Source: Bacillota bacterium (GTDB lineage Bacteria > Bacillota > Sulfobacillia > UBA995 > UBA9673). From it: a DNA stretch of 64,000 nucleotides. The position numbers and the translations under genes are program-made. Within the stretch, counting starts at the first letter, position 1. Each line of letters starts with the position of its first letter. The notes beneath the pieces were generated by a model, which saw nothing but the letters and a program-made list of their open reading frames with translations, did no database searches and was not told the origin of the DNA. Shown piece by piece: positions 8,314 through 18,681 of the stretch. The DNA is taken from positions 501-64,500 of the forward strand of contig QZJP01000009.1 of NCBI GenBank assembly GCA_003599345.1, given 5' to 3'.

Positions 8314-10443
8314 TTGGCGACACAGCCCGGGATAGGACTTCGCCGGCGTGTTTTCTTCCTGCTTGCCTTCTGCGTGGTCTTCTCGCTCGTCCTCGTGGGA
8401 CGTCTCGCCCACCTGCAGTTCGTCCGTGGGGCCGAATTGCGCGAGAAGGCGTTCAACGTGCGTGTTCGCCCCGTCCCCATAGAGGCGCGCAGAGGCGTCA
8501 TCTACGACCGGATGGGGAGGGAACTAGCGGTCAGCGTCAACGTAGACTCGATATTCGCGGTCCCGTCCGAGGTCGACGACCCTCCGGCCACGGCCCAGAG
8601 ACTCGCCGAGGCCCTAGACCTGGACTACGAGTGGGTGCTGGGGCGCCTCATCATGAACGAGTCGTTCGTCTGGATCAGCCGCAAGGTCTCGGATGAGGTT
8701 TCCCAGGTGGTCAAGATGATGGGGCTCTCCGGGATAGGCTTCACCCAGGAGAGCCGGCGAGTCTACCCCAAAGGGTCGCTCGCCGCCCACGTCCTGGGCT
8801 TCGCCGGCATCGACAGCCAAGGGCTGGGTGGTGTGGAGTACAGCTACGACAGGCAGTTGCGCGGCACTCCCGGGTCCATCGTCATCGAGTACGACGCCAT
8901 CGGGCACCAGATCCCACAGGCGATGCACCGCTACTTCCCGCCGACTGACGGGCAGGTCCTGGTCCTGACCATCGATGAAGTCATCCAGAGCATGGTCGAG
9001 CGCGAACTTGACCAGATCATGCTTACCAACCAGCCCAAGCACGCGACCATCCTGGTCATGGACCCCGACAACGGCGAAATCCTGGCCCTCGGATGCCGCC
9101 CGAGCTTCGACCCGAACCATTTCGCCGACTATCCCGAGGCTTCGTGGCGCAACTTCGCCGTCAGCGACACTTACCACCCCGGTTCGACCTTCAAGCCGGT
9201 GACCGCTGCCGCCGCCGTAGAGGCGGGGGTAGTGTCCTGGGACGACCACTTCGCGTGCGGCGGCAGCATAGGAGTCGAGGACAGACGCGTCAACTGCCAC
9301 CGGCGCGGGGGTCACGGCTCCCTCGACCTGACCGGGGTCATCGAATACTCCTGCAACGTCGGTTTCGTCCAGATAGGCCTTAGGCTGGGAATCCCGGGGT
9401 TTTACGAGTACTGGCACGCTCTGGGCCTCGACTCTGCCACAGGCATCGACCTTCCGGGTGAGGCGGTCAGTCTTCTGATGCCGGAGAAGGATTGCCGGCC
9501 GATAGACCTTGCGGTCATGTCCTTCGGCCAGACTCTGACGGTGACACCCCTCGAGCTGGCCAGGGCCATGGCCGCTATATGCAACGGCGGTTACCTTGTG
9601 ACACCCCACGTGGGCAAGGAGCTCCGGAGCCCCGACGGCAAGGTCGCCGCTCCCCTGGAATGGCCCCGAGGTCAGCAGGTGCTGTCCACCGAGACGTCGC
9701 GGGAAGTCAGCCGGGCCATGGAGGCCGTCGTCAGGATCGGCACGGGTAAGGCGGCCTACATGCCCGGATACCGGCTCGCCGGCAAGACGGGGACCTCCCA
9801 GAAGACGGTCGGGGGCGTCGTCTCGTCCAGCGCTTTCGTCTCGTCTTTCTGCGGGTTCGGGCCGGCGGAGGACCCCGAGGTGCTCATCCTGGTGGTCGTG
9901 GACGAACCCCAAGGGGCTTACTACGGAAGCCAGGTCGCCGCCCCGCCGTTCGGCCGCCTAATGCGCGATATCTACCGCTACCTCGAGATCCCGCTCGTCT
10001 ATTCGGCGGAAGAGGAAGAGGAAAGGGTCGAAAGGGAGAGCCGGGCCCCTAGCGAAGTGACCGTGCCAGGCGTTATCGGCCGGCCGCTCGGTGAGGCTTT
10101 GGCCCTGCTCCAGGAGGCCGGACTCAGGGCGGAGGTGTCGGGAGGAGACGGGGACGTTGCCGCCCAGACTCCCGGACCCAACGCCAGCGTCCCGCCCGGA
10201 ACCCTGGTTCTGCTCGAAGTGGTTCCGGGAGGACCTTCACGTGACCTCGTGGTGGTGCCGGACGTCACCGGCAGGAGCATGGCCGAGGCCGCCCTGCTCC
10301 TGGAGAAGGCCGGTCTCCTCCTGACCGTGGAGGGTAGCGGGATGGCCGCCGCGCAGAACCCCACGGCGGGGACAGCCGTGGCGCCGGGGACCGCCGTCCG
10401 GGTGGTCTTCGAACCACCCGCCTCCGAGGGCGCCCCGCCCTAG
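8314..10443 (+). CDS. Class B penicillin-binding protein (PBP2B/SpoVD-type) with two PASTA domains
   Basis: 709 aa. Has SxxK (GSTFKP), SxN (YSCN) and KTG (GKTGTS) motifs. Two C-terminal PASTA-like repeats (VTVPGVIGRPLGEALALLQEAGL.., VVVPDVTGRSMAEAALLLEKAGL..). Confidence 0.9.
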   Translation: MATQPGIGLRRRVFFLLAFCVVFSLVLVGRLAHLQFVRGAELREKAFNVRVRPVPIEARRGVIYDRMGRELAVSVNVDSIFAVPSEVDDPPATAQRLAEALDLDYEWVLGRLIMNESFVWISRKVSDEVSQVVKMMGLSGIGFTQESRRVYPKGSLAAHVLGFAGIDSQGLGGVEYSYDRQLRGTPGSIVIEYDAIGHQIPQAMHRYFPPTDGQVLVLTIDEVIQSMVERELDQIMLTNQPKHATILVMDPDNGEILALGCRPSFDPNHFADYPEASWRNFAVSDTYHPGSTFKPVTAAAAVEAGVVSWDDHFACGGSIGVEDRRVNCHRRGGHGSLDLTGVIEYSCNVGFVQIGLRLGIPGFYEYWHALGLDSATGIDLPGEAVSLLMPEKDCRPIDLAVMSFGQTLTVTPLELARAMAAICNGGYLVTPHVGKELRSPDGKVAAPLEWPRGQQVLSTETSREVSRAMEAVVRIGTGKAAYMPGYRLAGKTGTSQKTVGGVVSSSAFVSSFCGFGPAEDPEVLILVVVDEPQGAYYGSQVAAPPFGRLMRDIYRYLEIPLVYSAEEEEERVERESRAPSEVTVPGVIGRPLGEALALLQEAGLRAEVSGGDGDVAAQTPGPNASVPPGTLVLLEVVPGGPSRDLVVVPDVTGRSMAEAALLLEKAGLLLTVEGSGMAAAQNPTAGTAVAPGTAVRVVFEPPASEGAPP

Positions 10444-10444
10444 A

Positions 10445-12109
10445 GTGGCATGTACTGCCATCCTGGCGAGAAGGATAGAACGGGAAGAAGGGGTCCTCAT
10501 CAGGTTCAGCGACCTAGTCAGAGGTCTCCGCGTAGAAGCCATGGAGGGCGACCCGGGGGTCGAGGTGACCGGGGTCGCCTATGACTCGCGGCGAGTGACG
10601 CCGGGAGACGCCTTCTTTTGCGTCCGGGGCTACATCCACGATGGTCACGATTTCATCCCCGACGCGGTGGCTCAAGGCGCGGTGGCCCTGGTGGTAGAGG
10701 GCCGGGAAGGGCTGGCGGAGGCCAGGGCCTGGCTCTCGCCCGGGCGTGCCGCCGCGATCGCCGCGGTGCCCGGGATGCGGCCCGCCATGGGCCTCGCCGC
10801 GGCCAACTTCTTCGACCATCCCTCGCGGAGGCTCCGGGTCATCGGGGTGACCGGCACCAACGGCAAGACTACGACGACACACCTTGTCCGGGAACTGCTC
10901 GTAGCCAACGGGTGCACCTGCGGTCTCATCGGCACCGTTCACAATGTGGTGGGTGGGGAGAGCCTGCCCGCCGGGCGGACCACGCCCGAGGCATTCGACC
11001 TCCAGGACCTTGCTCTGAGAATGGTCCGCGCGGGGGACCGCTTCCTCAGCATGGAGGTCGGCTCTCACGCTCTCGCCCTCGACAGGGTGACCGGGTTCGA
11101 CTTCAACATCGCGGTCTTCACGAACCTCAGCCAGGACCACCTGGATTTCCACAAAGACCTCGAGAGCTACTTCCTCGCCAAGGCCAGGCTTTTCGAGAAC
11201 CTGGGCCGGAACGGCCGGGGCGCGTCCGGCGCGACACGAGGCATTGGCGGGGACGACACCAAGGCCGCCATTCTGAACGCTGAAGATCCCGCCTCCGGGC
11301 GGCTGGCTTCCATTGCCACCGCCCCGGTCGTCACATACGGCACCGATTCCAGTTCGGCAGACGTCAGGGCCGCGCGGATACGCCTCGAGCCGTCGAGGGC
11401 GGTCTTTTTCCTGGTCGTCAGCGAGGCTCTCGGTGGGTCGTTCCCGTGGGTGCCCGCGTACGAGGGCGAAGTGGTCCTGTCCATGACCGGGAGGCACAAC
11501 GTGGCCAATGCCCTGGCCGCGCTGACATCCGTGCTCGTCGAGGGGGTCAGCCCCGAGGGAGCGGTGGCCGCCCTGGCGGGAGTCAAAGGCGCGGCCGGCC
11601 GGTTCGAGACAGTGGACGCCGGGCAGGACTTCATGGCCGTCGTGGACTACGCGCACACCCCGGACGGCCTGGAGAACGTCCTGGGGGCCGCCAGGGCTCT
11701 CAAGCCAAGGCGGGTCATCACGGTGTTCGGGTGCGGCGGCGACCGCGACAAGACGAAGAGACCGCTCATGGGGGAGGTCGTCGCCCGCCTCTCGGATCTG
11801 TGCGTCGTGACGTCGGACAACCCCCGCAGCGAGCGACCCGAGGCCATAATCGACGACATCCGGCCGGGGCTGGCGAAGGCCGGCCGTAGGGAGAACTCGG
11901 ACTACTTCATTGAGCCGGACCGGGCCAAGGCCATAGACCTGGCCGTACGCGCGGCCGGGCCCGGGGACCTCGTTCTCGTGGCCGGCAAGGGTCACGAGAC
12001 CTACCAGATGTTCGCCGACCGGACCATCCACTTCGACGACCGCGAGGTCCTGCGCGACTGCATCGCCCGAACCCTGAGGGCGAGAGAGGGGGGACCCGGG
12101 GGTGTCTGA
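10445..12109 (+). CDS. murE: UDP-MurNAc-L-Ala-D-Glu:meso-diaminopimelate ligase MurE
   Basis: GVTGTNGKTTT P-loop and the DNPR motif (SDNPRSE, ~11811-11830) characteristic of DAP-adding MurE. Confidence 0.9.
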   Translation: MACTAILARRIEREEGVLIRFSDLVRGLRVEAMEGDPGVEVTGVAYDSRRVTPGDAFFCVRGYIHDGHDFIPDAVAQGAVALVVEGREGLAEARAWLSPGRAAAIAAVPGMRPAMGLAAANFFDHPSRRLRVIGVTGTNGKTTTTHLVRELLVANGCTCGLIGTVHNVVGGESLPAGRTTPEAFDLQDLALRMVRAGDRFLSMEVGSHALALDRVTGFDFNIAVFTNLSQDHLDFHKDLESYFLAKARLFENLGRNGRGASGATRGIGGDDTKAAILNAEDPASGRLASIATAPVVTYGTDSSSADVRAARIRLEPSRAVFFLVVSEALGGSFPWVPAYEGEVVLSMTGRHNVANALAALTSVLVEGVSPEGAVAALAGVKGAAGRFETVDAGQDFMAVVDYAHTPDGLENVLGAARALKPRRVITVFGCGGDRDKTKRPLMGEVVARLSDLCVVTSDNPRSERPEAIIDDIRPGLAKAGRRENSDYFIEPDRAKAIDLAVRAAGPGDLVLVAGKGHETYQMFADRTIHFDDREVLRDCIARTLRAREGGPGGV

Positions 12110-13616
12110 GACCCGAGCCCGCACGTCGCCGGGTCGCCCCCTGTTCACCGTCGCCGAGGTCGGCCGGTTGACGGGCGCCGAGGTGGTCGGCCAGCGGGAG
12201 CCCGCCGGGACTCGCGCGGGTGACCTTGTGCTCACCGGCGTCGAAGTCGACTCCCGGCTCGTTCGTGGAGGGGACCTGTTCTGCGCGCTGCCCGGTGAGA
12301 GGGTCGACGGGCACGCTTTCGTCGGGGCGGCCTTCGACCGCGGTGCCCTGGCTGCTCTGGTCAGCCGCGACCCGCCCACCCCGGTCGGGCCCGGCCGCGT
12401 CCTTCTCCGGGTTCCGGACGTGCTTACCGCTCTGGGCCGGCTGGCCCGGTACCACCGGGACCGCTACTCCCTGCCGGTGATAGGCGTCACCGGGAGCGTG
12501 GGGAAGACGACGACCAAGGACCTGGTCGCCTCCGCTTTGGGGGCGACAAAGCGTGTTCTCAAGAACCAGGGGAACCTGAACACTGATATCGGGCTGCCTC
12601 TCACGGTGTTCGAACTCGGACCCGAGCACGAGATTGCCTGCCTGGAGATGGGCATGAGGGGGCCGGGGGAGATAACCCGGCTCGCGCTGATCGCCCGGCC
12701 CGACATCGGCATCCTGACCAATATCGGCCCCGTTCACATGGAGTTGCTCGGCTCGCTCGAGGCAATCGCCGCGGCCAAGGAGGAGCTACTCGAGAGCCTT
12801 CCCCGGAACGGGTCGGCGGTCATGAACGCGGACGACCCTCTTGTCGCGGGTATGGCCGACCGGCACCGGGGCCGGCTCGGGCGCGTGGTGACCTACGGCC
12901 TGGACGTCCCGGCCGACATCACCGCCACCGATATCGACGGGAAGGACTCCGCCGGGGTACGGTTCCGCGGCGTCCTGCCGCAGGGGTCAGGCCTCGGAGA
13001 AGGGGACCTCGGGTTCTTCTCGGTTCCCCTGGCGGGACGCCACATAGTCTCCAACGCCCTGGCCGCCGTGGCCACGGCCCTTCTTGTGGGGCTTGGCGCC
13101 GACGACATCCGCCGAGGTCTCATGCGTCCGGACCTGAGCGCTATGCGCCAGGAGACTTTCACGGCGGGTGGGGTCCTCGTCATCAACGATGCCTACAACG
13201 CCGGGCCGGCCTCCATGGCGGCGGCGGTCAAGCTGCTGGAGGACACCCGTTCTCGGCGCGGCGGGAGGGCCGTGGCCGTCCTCGGGGACATGCTCGAACT
13301 GGGGGACCTCAGCGAGCCCGCTCACAGGGAGCTCGGACGGGCCGTCACGGCCGCGGGCATCGACTACCTGGTCACAGTGGGACCTCGTTCTCGCGACACC
13401 GCCACCGAGGCCGTGCTCTTTGGGTTCGATTCCGCCCGGGTCACCCATTTCGACGGCGAGCGAGCCGTGGAAGACGCCGCCCGCGCGGTCCTCGGCCTGG
13501 TGCGCGAGGGCGACGTAGTCCTTGTCAAGGCCTCCCGCGGGATGAAGCTCGAGCGAGTCGCCCAACGCTTGGCTACGGCCTTGAGGGACCGCGGGACGGG
13601 TGGCGACGGCCCATGA
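12102..13616 (+). CDS. murF: UDP-MurNAc-tripeptide:D-Ala-D-Ala ligase MurF
   Basis: GVTGSVGKTTTK P-loop, ..NDAYNAGPASM... Overlaps the murE stop. Confidence 0.9.
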   Translation: MSETRARTSPGRPLFTVAEVGRLTGAEVVGQREPAGTRAGDLVLTGVEVDSRLVRGGDLFCALPGERVDGHAFVGAAFDRGALAALVSRDPPTPVGPGRVLLRVPDVLTALGRLARYHRDRYSLPVIGVTGSVGKTTTKDLVASALGATKRVLKNQGNLNTDIGLPLTVFELGPEHEIACLEMGMRGPGEITRLALIARPDIGILTNIGPVHMELLGSLEAIAAAKEELLESLPRNGSAVMNADDPLVAGMADRHRGRLGRVVTYGLDVPADITATDIDGKDSAGVRFRGVLPQGSGLGEGDLGFFSVPLAGRHIVSNALAAVATALLVGLGADDIRRGLMRPDLSAMRQETFTAGGVLVINDAYNAGPASMAAAVKLLEDTRSRRGGRAVAVLGDMLELGDLSEPAHRELGRAVTAAGIDYLVTVGPRSRDTATEAVLFGFDSARVTHFDGERAVEDAARAVLGLVREGDVVLVKASRGMKLERVAQRLATALRDRGTGGDGP

Positions 13617-14584
13617 CGCCCCTCGAACTCGTCGCGCTGTGGGGCTTCGTGGTGGCTTTCCTCGGAGTGGCCATCATGGGAGTTCCGGCGGTCGGGCTCC
13701 TGACGAAGCTCCGCTTCGGCCAGACCGTGAGGAGTGATGGGCCGTCCAGCCACCTGTTCAAGAGCGGGACTCCCACGATGGGCGGCCTCATTTTCGTCCC
13801 GGCCATCGCCGCGATCGCGCCGGTCCTCACTGGAGCCGACCCCCGGGTTCTCATCGCCCTGGCCGTGACCGTCGGTCACGCCCTCCTCGGGCTGGCGGAC
13901 GACTTCATCAAGGTGGCCCTTCACAGGCCTCTCGGCCTCAAGGCCCGCTACAAGCTTGCCGGGCAGTCACTCCTCGCGGTCCTCCTGGGCTGGGGAGCCA
14001 CCAGCTACCTCGATCTCGGGACGGCCGTGGCCGTGCCGTTCACTCACTTCGCCGTGGACCTTGGGGTTCTCTACATTCCCTTCGTCATATTCCTTGTGTT
14101 GGGCTGCGCCAACTCCGTGAACCTCACGGACGGCGCCGACGGGTTGGCCGCCGGCTCGGTGTTGGCCAGTTCCGCGGCGTACGGTGTTGTGGCGTTGTCG
14201 CTAGGACTGGGAGGCCTGGCCGTGTTCGGCTTCGTTGTCGCCGGGGCCTGCCTCGGCTTCCTGGTGCACAACCACCATCCGGCCAGGGTCATAATGGGCG
14301 ACACGGGGTCGTTGGCCCTTGGCGGGGCGCTGGTGTCCCTGGCCGTTCTCACCCGGACCGAGCTGTGGCTGGTCATCATAGGGGGGCTCTACCTGGCCGA
14401 AGCCTTGTCGGTCATCATCCAGGTGACCTACTTCCGGCGGACGCGGCGGCGGGTCTTCAGGATGGCGCCGCTGCACCACCACTTCGAGGTCTCGGGCTGG
14501 CCGGAGACCAGGGTCGTCGTGGTGTTCTGGCTCGTCAACCTCGGCCTGGCGGCTCTGGGCCTCTGGGGGGTGGGCTTGCTGTGA
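13613..14584 (+). CDS. mraY: Phospho-N-acetylmuramoyl-pentapeptide transferase MraY
   Basis: ..NSVNLTDGADGLAAG.., ..MGDTGSLALGG.., ..APLHHHFE.. Confidence 0.95.
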   Translation: MTPLELVALWGFVVAFLGVAIMGVPAVGLLTKLRFGQTVRSDGPSSHLFKSGTPTMGGLIFVPAIAAIAPVLTGADPRVLIALAVTVGHALLGLADDFIKVALHRPLGLKARYKLAGQSLLAVLLGWGATSYLDLGTAVAVPFTHFAVDLGVLYIPFVIFLVLGCANSVNLTDGADGLAAGSVLASSAAYGVVALSLGLGGLAVFGFVVAGACLGFLVHNHHPARVIMGDTGSLALGGALVSLAVLTRTELWLVIIGGLYLAEALSVIIQVTYFRRTRRRVFRMAPLHHHFEVSGWPETRVVVVFWLVNLGLAALGLWGVGLL

Positions 14585-15678
14585 GCCGGAGGCCGCCGGA
14601 CTACGCCATCATCGGTACCGTTCTGACTCTCCTCGCCGTTGGCCTGGTCATGGTCTTCAGCTCAAGCTCGGTTCGGGCCCTGGGCGAGACGCAAGACGCG
14701 TATCACTACCTCAAGAGGCAGCTCGCCTGGGCCATTCTCGGGCTCGGAGCCATGTTCGCCGTAATGAGGGTGGACTACTGGGAGGTCCGCAAACACGCGC
14801 GATTGTTCTTTCTGCTCACCCTTCTGACGCTCATCCTGGTCCTAATCCCCGGGGTCGGGTTGACGGCCGGCGGGGCCCGGCGCTGGCTCGGTTTCGGCGC
14901 CATGCGGTTCCAGCCGTCGGAGTTGATGAAACTCGCCATCGTCGTGTACATGGCTTGGGCCCTGTCACGCGCGTCCGGGCGGATCCACGACTTCGCGAGA
15001 GGGGTTCTCCCCTATGTCGTGCTCCTCGGGCTGGTCTTCTTCCTCGTCCTGCAGCAGCCCGACCTGGGAACCGCGGTCGCGATCGGCGGCACCGTGATCG
15101 TCATGATCTTTGCGGCCGGCGCGAGGGTGGCTCATCTCATCTACCTGGGCCTTGCCGCCGTGCCGGTCCTGATTTACGCGGTGGTGGGCGCCGAGTACCG
15201 GATGAGCCGTTGGCTGGCTTTTGTCGACCCGTTCGCCGACCCCCAAGGGAGCGGCTTTCACATCATTCAGGCCCTCTACGCCTTGGGTTCCGGGGGTCTG
15301 TTCGGGTTGGGGCTCGGGAACAGCCGCCAGAAATTCTTCTACCTGCCGGCAGAGCACACGGACTTCATCTTCGCGATCCTGGGCGAGGAGCTGGGCTTCG
15401 TTGGAGGAGTGTTCGTCATCGGTCTCTTCCTGATCCTTGCCTGGCGGGGGTTCAACGTGGCCATGTCCGCTCCGGACTCCTTTTCGTCGCTCGTGGCGAC
15501 GGGCGTGACGAGCATGGTGGTCTTCCAGGCCTTGCTCAACATCGGCGTGGTGTCGGGCATCCTGCCCATCACGGGCGTGCCGCTGCCCCTTGTCAGCTTC
15601 GGCGGCTCGTCGCTGGTGCCCACTCTGGCCGGTATCGGGATACTGCTCAACATATCGCGTCACAGGAGAGTGGCCTAG
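14581..15678 (+). CDS. ftsW: SEDS-family lipid II polymerase FtsW/SpoVE
   Basis: GTG 14581 overlaps the mraY stop (GTGA). Polytopic, with ..FQPSELMKLA.., ..QPDLGTA.., ..PEAHTDFIFA-like (PAEHTDFIFA).., ..PLPLVSFGGSS. The upstream part of track ORF 14365 lies inside mraY. Confidence 0.9.
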   Translation: MSRRPPDYAIIGTVLTLLAVGLVMVFSSSSVRALGETQDAYHYLKRQLAWAILGLGAMFAVMRVDYWEVRKHARLFFLLTLLTLILVLIPGVGLTAGGARRWLGFGAMRFQPSELMKLAIVVYMAWALSRASGRIHDFARGVLPYVVLLGLVFFLVLQQPDLGTAVAIGGTVIVMIFAAGARVAHLIYLGLAAVPVLIYAVVGAEYRMSRWLAFVDPFADPQGSGFHIIQALYALGSGGLFGLGLGNSRQKFFYLPAEHTDFIFAILGEELGFVGGVFVIGLFLILAWRGFNVAMSAPDSFSSLVATGVTSMVVFQALLNIGVVSGILPITGVPLPLVSFGGSSLVPTLAGIGILLNISRHRRVA

Positions 15679-15769
15679 CGCGCCTCAGTCCATAGGGGTC
15701 AGGGGTGGGGGGAGACCTCGCCCCTGAGAGAGAACTGGACGAGGCGGGGAGCATTGGGGGAGTCAAGCC

Positions 15770-16966
15770 GTGCGCCTACTCGTTACGGGTGGCGGTACGG
15801 GGGGTCACATCTATCCGGCGATCGCCGTCGCCAGAGCCGTCCTAGAGTCCGAGCCCGGCGCGGACGTCCTCTACGTGGGCACGGTGAACGGGCTTGAAGC
15901 GGACATCGTCCCCAAGGAGGGACTGCCCTTCAGGACCATTCCATCCAGGGGGATGGTCGGCGGAGGCCTGATCCGGGCCCCTGGGACGGTCTGGGTCGCG
16001 GCCCGCGGAGTGCTGGCCGCGCTCCGCGTCATCCGGTGGTTCGATCCCGATGTGGCCCTGGGCACGGGAGGCTATGTGGCCGGACCAGTCTCGCTGGCGG
16101 CGGCCCTGCGAAGGGTGCCCTTGGTGCTCCATGAGCAGAACGCGTTCCCCGGAGTGACCAACCGCGTTGCTGCTAGGTGGGCGGCGGCGGTGGCCGTTCC
16201 GTACGCCGAAGCTCGACGCTACTTCCCTTCGCGGACACGAGTGGTCGTGACCGGCAACCCCATCCGGCGCTCTGTTGTCGAACTCACTTCCGAAGAGGGC
16301 CGCCGGATACTCGGATTGCCGGCCGGGAAGGCCGAGCCAAGGTTCGTGGTCTACCTGGTCGGTGGGAGCCGCGGCGCCGAGGCTCTCAATGACGCGGCCG
16401 TCCGGGCCCTCCCGGGGCTGATGGACATTCCCGGAATCCACGCCATCTTCGCCACCGGCAGCCGCTACTACGCGTCGGCGGCCGAGGCCCTCGCCAGCCA
16501 GGGCATAGGGCTGGAGCCCGGCGGAAAGATTACCCTTGTGCCCTACCTCGAGAGAGCCGATGCGGCTATCGCGGTGGCGGACGTCGTGGTGACACGGGCC
16601 GGCGGGACCACCCTGGCGGAGATCACCGCCCGGGGGGTGCCCGCCGTTATCGTGCCCTCGCCGAACGTGACCCACAATCACCAGGTGTATAACGCCCGGG
16701 TCTTGGAGAAGGCCGGGGCGGCGCGGGTGATACTCGAACAGGACCTCTCCGGGCCCGTGCTCGAGGCGGCAGTGCGCGAACTCTGGCAAGACGAGGCCTT
16801 ACGAAAGAACATGAGCCGCGCTAGCCTCCGGCTCGGCCGGCCGGAGGCGGCGGACGATATCGCCGGGCTGGTCATGCAGGCGGCCAGGCGCCGGCCGCGC
16901 GGGTCGCGACGCGGCCGGGGGCCCGTCGCTCGGCGCGGGTTAACCGCGACACGAAAGACCAAATAG
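15770..16966 (+). CDS. murG: UDP-GlcNAc:lipid I GlcNAc transferase MurG
   Basis: GGTGGHIYPAIAVA N-terminal motif. Basic low-complexity C-terminal tail. Confidence 0.9.
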   Translation: MRLLVTGGGTGGHIYPAIAVARAVLESEPGADVLYVGTVNGLEADIVPKEGLPFRTIPSRGMVGGGLIRAPGTVWVAARGVLAALRVIRWFDPDVALGTGGYVAGPVSLAAALRRVPLVLHEQNAFPGVTNRVAARWAAAVAVPYAEARRYFPSRTRVVVTGNPIRRSVVELTSEEGRRILGLPAGKAEPRFVVYLVGGSRGAEALNDAAVRALPGLMDIPGIHAIFATGSRYYASAAEALASQGIGLEPGGKITLVPYLERADAAIAVADVVVTRAGGTTLAEITARGVPAVIVPSPNVTHNHQVYNARVLEKAGAARVILEQDLSGPVLEAAVRELWQDEALRKNMSRASLRLGRPEAADDIAGLVMQAARRRPRGSRRGRGPVARRGLTATRKTK

Positions 16967-17050
16967 TATGGGTTTGCCGTCTGACGGGGTCGAGACCTCC
17001 GCCCGGTTCGAGCGGAGCGGCGACCGGCCCGTCGCGGGGGGAGCCGACTA

Positions 17051-18535
17051 GTGCTGGAGCTTGGAGGCAAGCGTCTGGAGCGCGTTCATTTCGTGGGCAT
17101 CGGCGGCGCCGGGATGAGCGCCATCGCCCACGTCGCCCTCGAATTGGGGACCAGAGTCTCGGGGACGGACCTGGTCGTCTCCGAGACCACGAGGCGGCTC
17201 GCGGCGAAAGGGGCCTCGATCACCCAGGGACATTCCGCCTCCAATCTCGATACCCCGGACGCCGTGGTCGTGTCCACGGCCATCGCCCCGGATAACCCGG
17301 AGGTCGTGGAGGCCACGCGGCGGGGTATCCCCGTACTCCACAGGGCCCAGATGCTGGCCATCATCATGGAACGGAAGAAGGGCATCGCGGTCTCGGGCAC
17401 CCACGGGAAGACGACGACCACATCGATGCTTGCGGTCGTGTTCAAGCGGCTGGGCCTCGACCCGACGTGGCTCGTGGGTGGTGAGGTGCTTGACCTCGGC
17501 TCGGGAGCGGGCTATGGCGAGGGGGACTACCTCATCGCCGAGGCTGACGAGAGTGACGCTTCGTTCCTCGAACTCCGTCCCTATGTCGCCCTGGCGACCA
17601 ACATCGACGACGACCACCTCGACCACTACGGGAGTTTGAGCCAAATCGTCCAGGCCTTCGAAACCTTCCTTAGGCGGACCCGCGAAGGCGGGTTTCCCGT
17701 GGTCTGCGTCGACAATCCCGACCTCGCCGCCATCGCGCGTCGCCTCGAGGGGAGGCTTGTCACCTACTCCGGCCCGGTGACCGCGCCGGGCCTGCCCGCG
17801 GGCCTGGAACAGGCCGTGAGACCGGCCGGCGGCCGGTCAGGGGAGACGGTTCGCTATCGGGTATCGGGCTACTCGCCCCGTTCGTGGGGAGCTCAATTCT
17901 CGGTGGAAAGATCGGGGACCCCAATCGGGGAGTTCACGCTGAACGTGCCCGGACCCCACAACGTCTCCAACGCTACGGCGGTGATCGCGACCGCCGTCGA
18001 ACTCGGGCTCGACGCCAGAGAAGTCGCGCCCGCTCTGGCGACCTTCAGCGGCGCCGGCAGGCGGCTTGAGAGGATGGGGCGCGTCCGGGACGTCGAAGTC
18101 GTGGACGACTACGCCCACCACCCGACGGAAGTGGCGGCCACGCTGAGTACTGTGCGGAGCCTGGTTCCGTCCAGTCGACTGGTCGTCGTCTTCCAGCCCC
18201 ACCGCTTCTCTCGGACCCGGGCCCTCTACTCCGCGTTCGGGCGGGCGTTCCCTGACGCCGACGTCGTGGTGTTCACCGACATCTACCCGGCTGGTGAGCG
18301 GCCGGTCCCGGGCGTGACCGGTGAGCTGCTCTACAACCACTTCTCGGCCAGGCCCGGGCAAGAGGTCACCTACATCCCCGCGCTGGCTGACGTCGCCCCC
18401 TACCTCGCCGAAAGGCTGCGCCCCGGTGACCTCGTGATGACCATGGGCGCGGGGAACGTGCGGCAAGTCGGCCCGCAGCTACTTGCTCTGCTCGACGGCC
18501 TCCGGTCGACCCGTCCGGAGAACGTGCCTCACTAG
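17051..18535 (+). CDS. murC: UDP-N-acetylmuramate:L-alanine ligase MurC
   Basis: HFVGIGGAGMSAIA, GTHGKTTTT, DDYAHHPTE motifs. Confidence 0.9.
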   Translation: MLELGGKRLERVHFVGIGGAGMSAIAHVALELGTRVSGTDLVVSETTRRLAAKGASITQGHSASNLDTPDAVVVSTAIAPDNPEVVEATRRGIPVLHRAQMLAIIMERKKGIAVSGTHGKTTTTSMLAVVFKRLGLDPTWLVGGEVLDLGSGAGYGEGDYLIAEADESDASFLELRPYVALATNIDDDHLDHYGSLSQIVQAFETFLRRTREGGFPVVCVDNPDLAAIARRLEGRLVTYSGPVTAPGLPAGLEQAVRPAGGRSGETVRYRVSGYSPRSWGAQFSVERSGTPIGEFTLNVPGPHNVSNATAVIATAVELGLDAREVAPALATFSGAGRRLERMGRVRDVEVVDDYAHHPTEVAATLSTVRSLVPSSRLVVVFQPHRFSRTRALYSAFGRAFPDADVVVFTDIYPAGERPVPGVTGELLYNHFSARPGQEVTYIPALADVAPYLAERLRPGDLVMTMGAGNVRQVGPQLLALLDGLRSTRPENVPH

Positions 18536-18681
18536 GCCTCCGTAACCGGCTTCCCCCTCCGCGCGTAAGATGGTCCGCGCCATCCGCCCGCGGACCGGGT
18601 CTTGGGGACCCCTCCCAAAGGCGGCCCCGAAACCCCCGGCGCGGGCCGGGCACGACCGGCGCTTGGAGGCCGGACCAGTTC

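Noticed and set aside
10514-12379. 621-aa ORF antisense to murE/murF. Similar long antisense or off-frame ORFs include 8614-9912, 18532-19698, 34280-36376, 37899-39080, 57668-58849 and 15842-16789.
   Set aside because: Each lies entirely opposite or out of frame to a gene with unmistakable family motifs. Their translations are Arg/Pro/Gly-rich nonsense, typical of shadow ORFs in ~70% GC DNA, where stop codons are rare in all frames.
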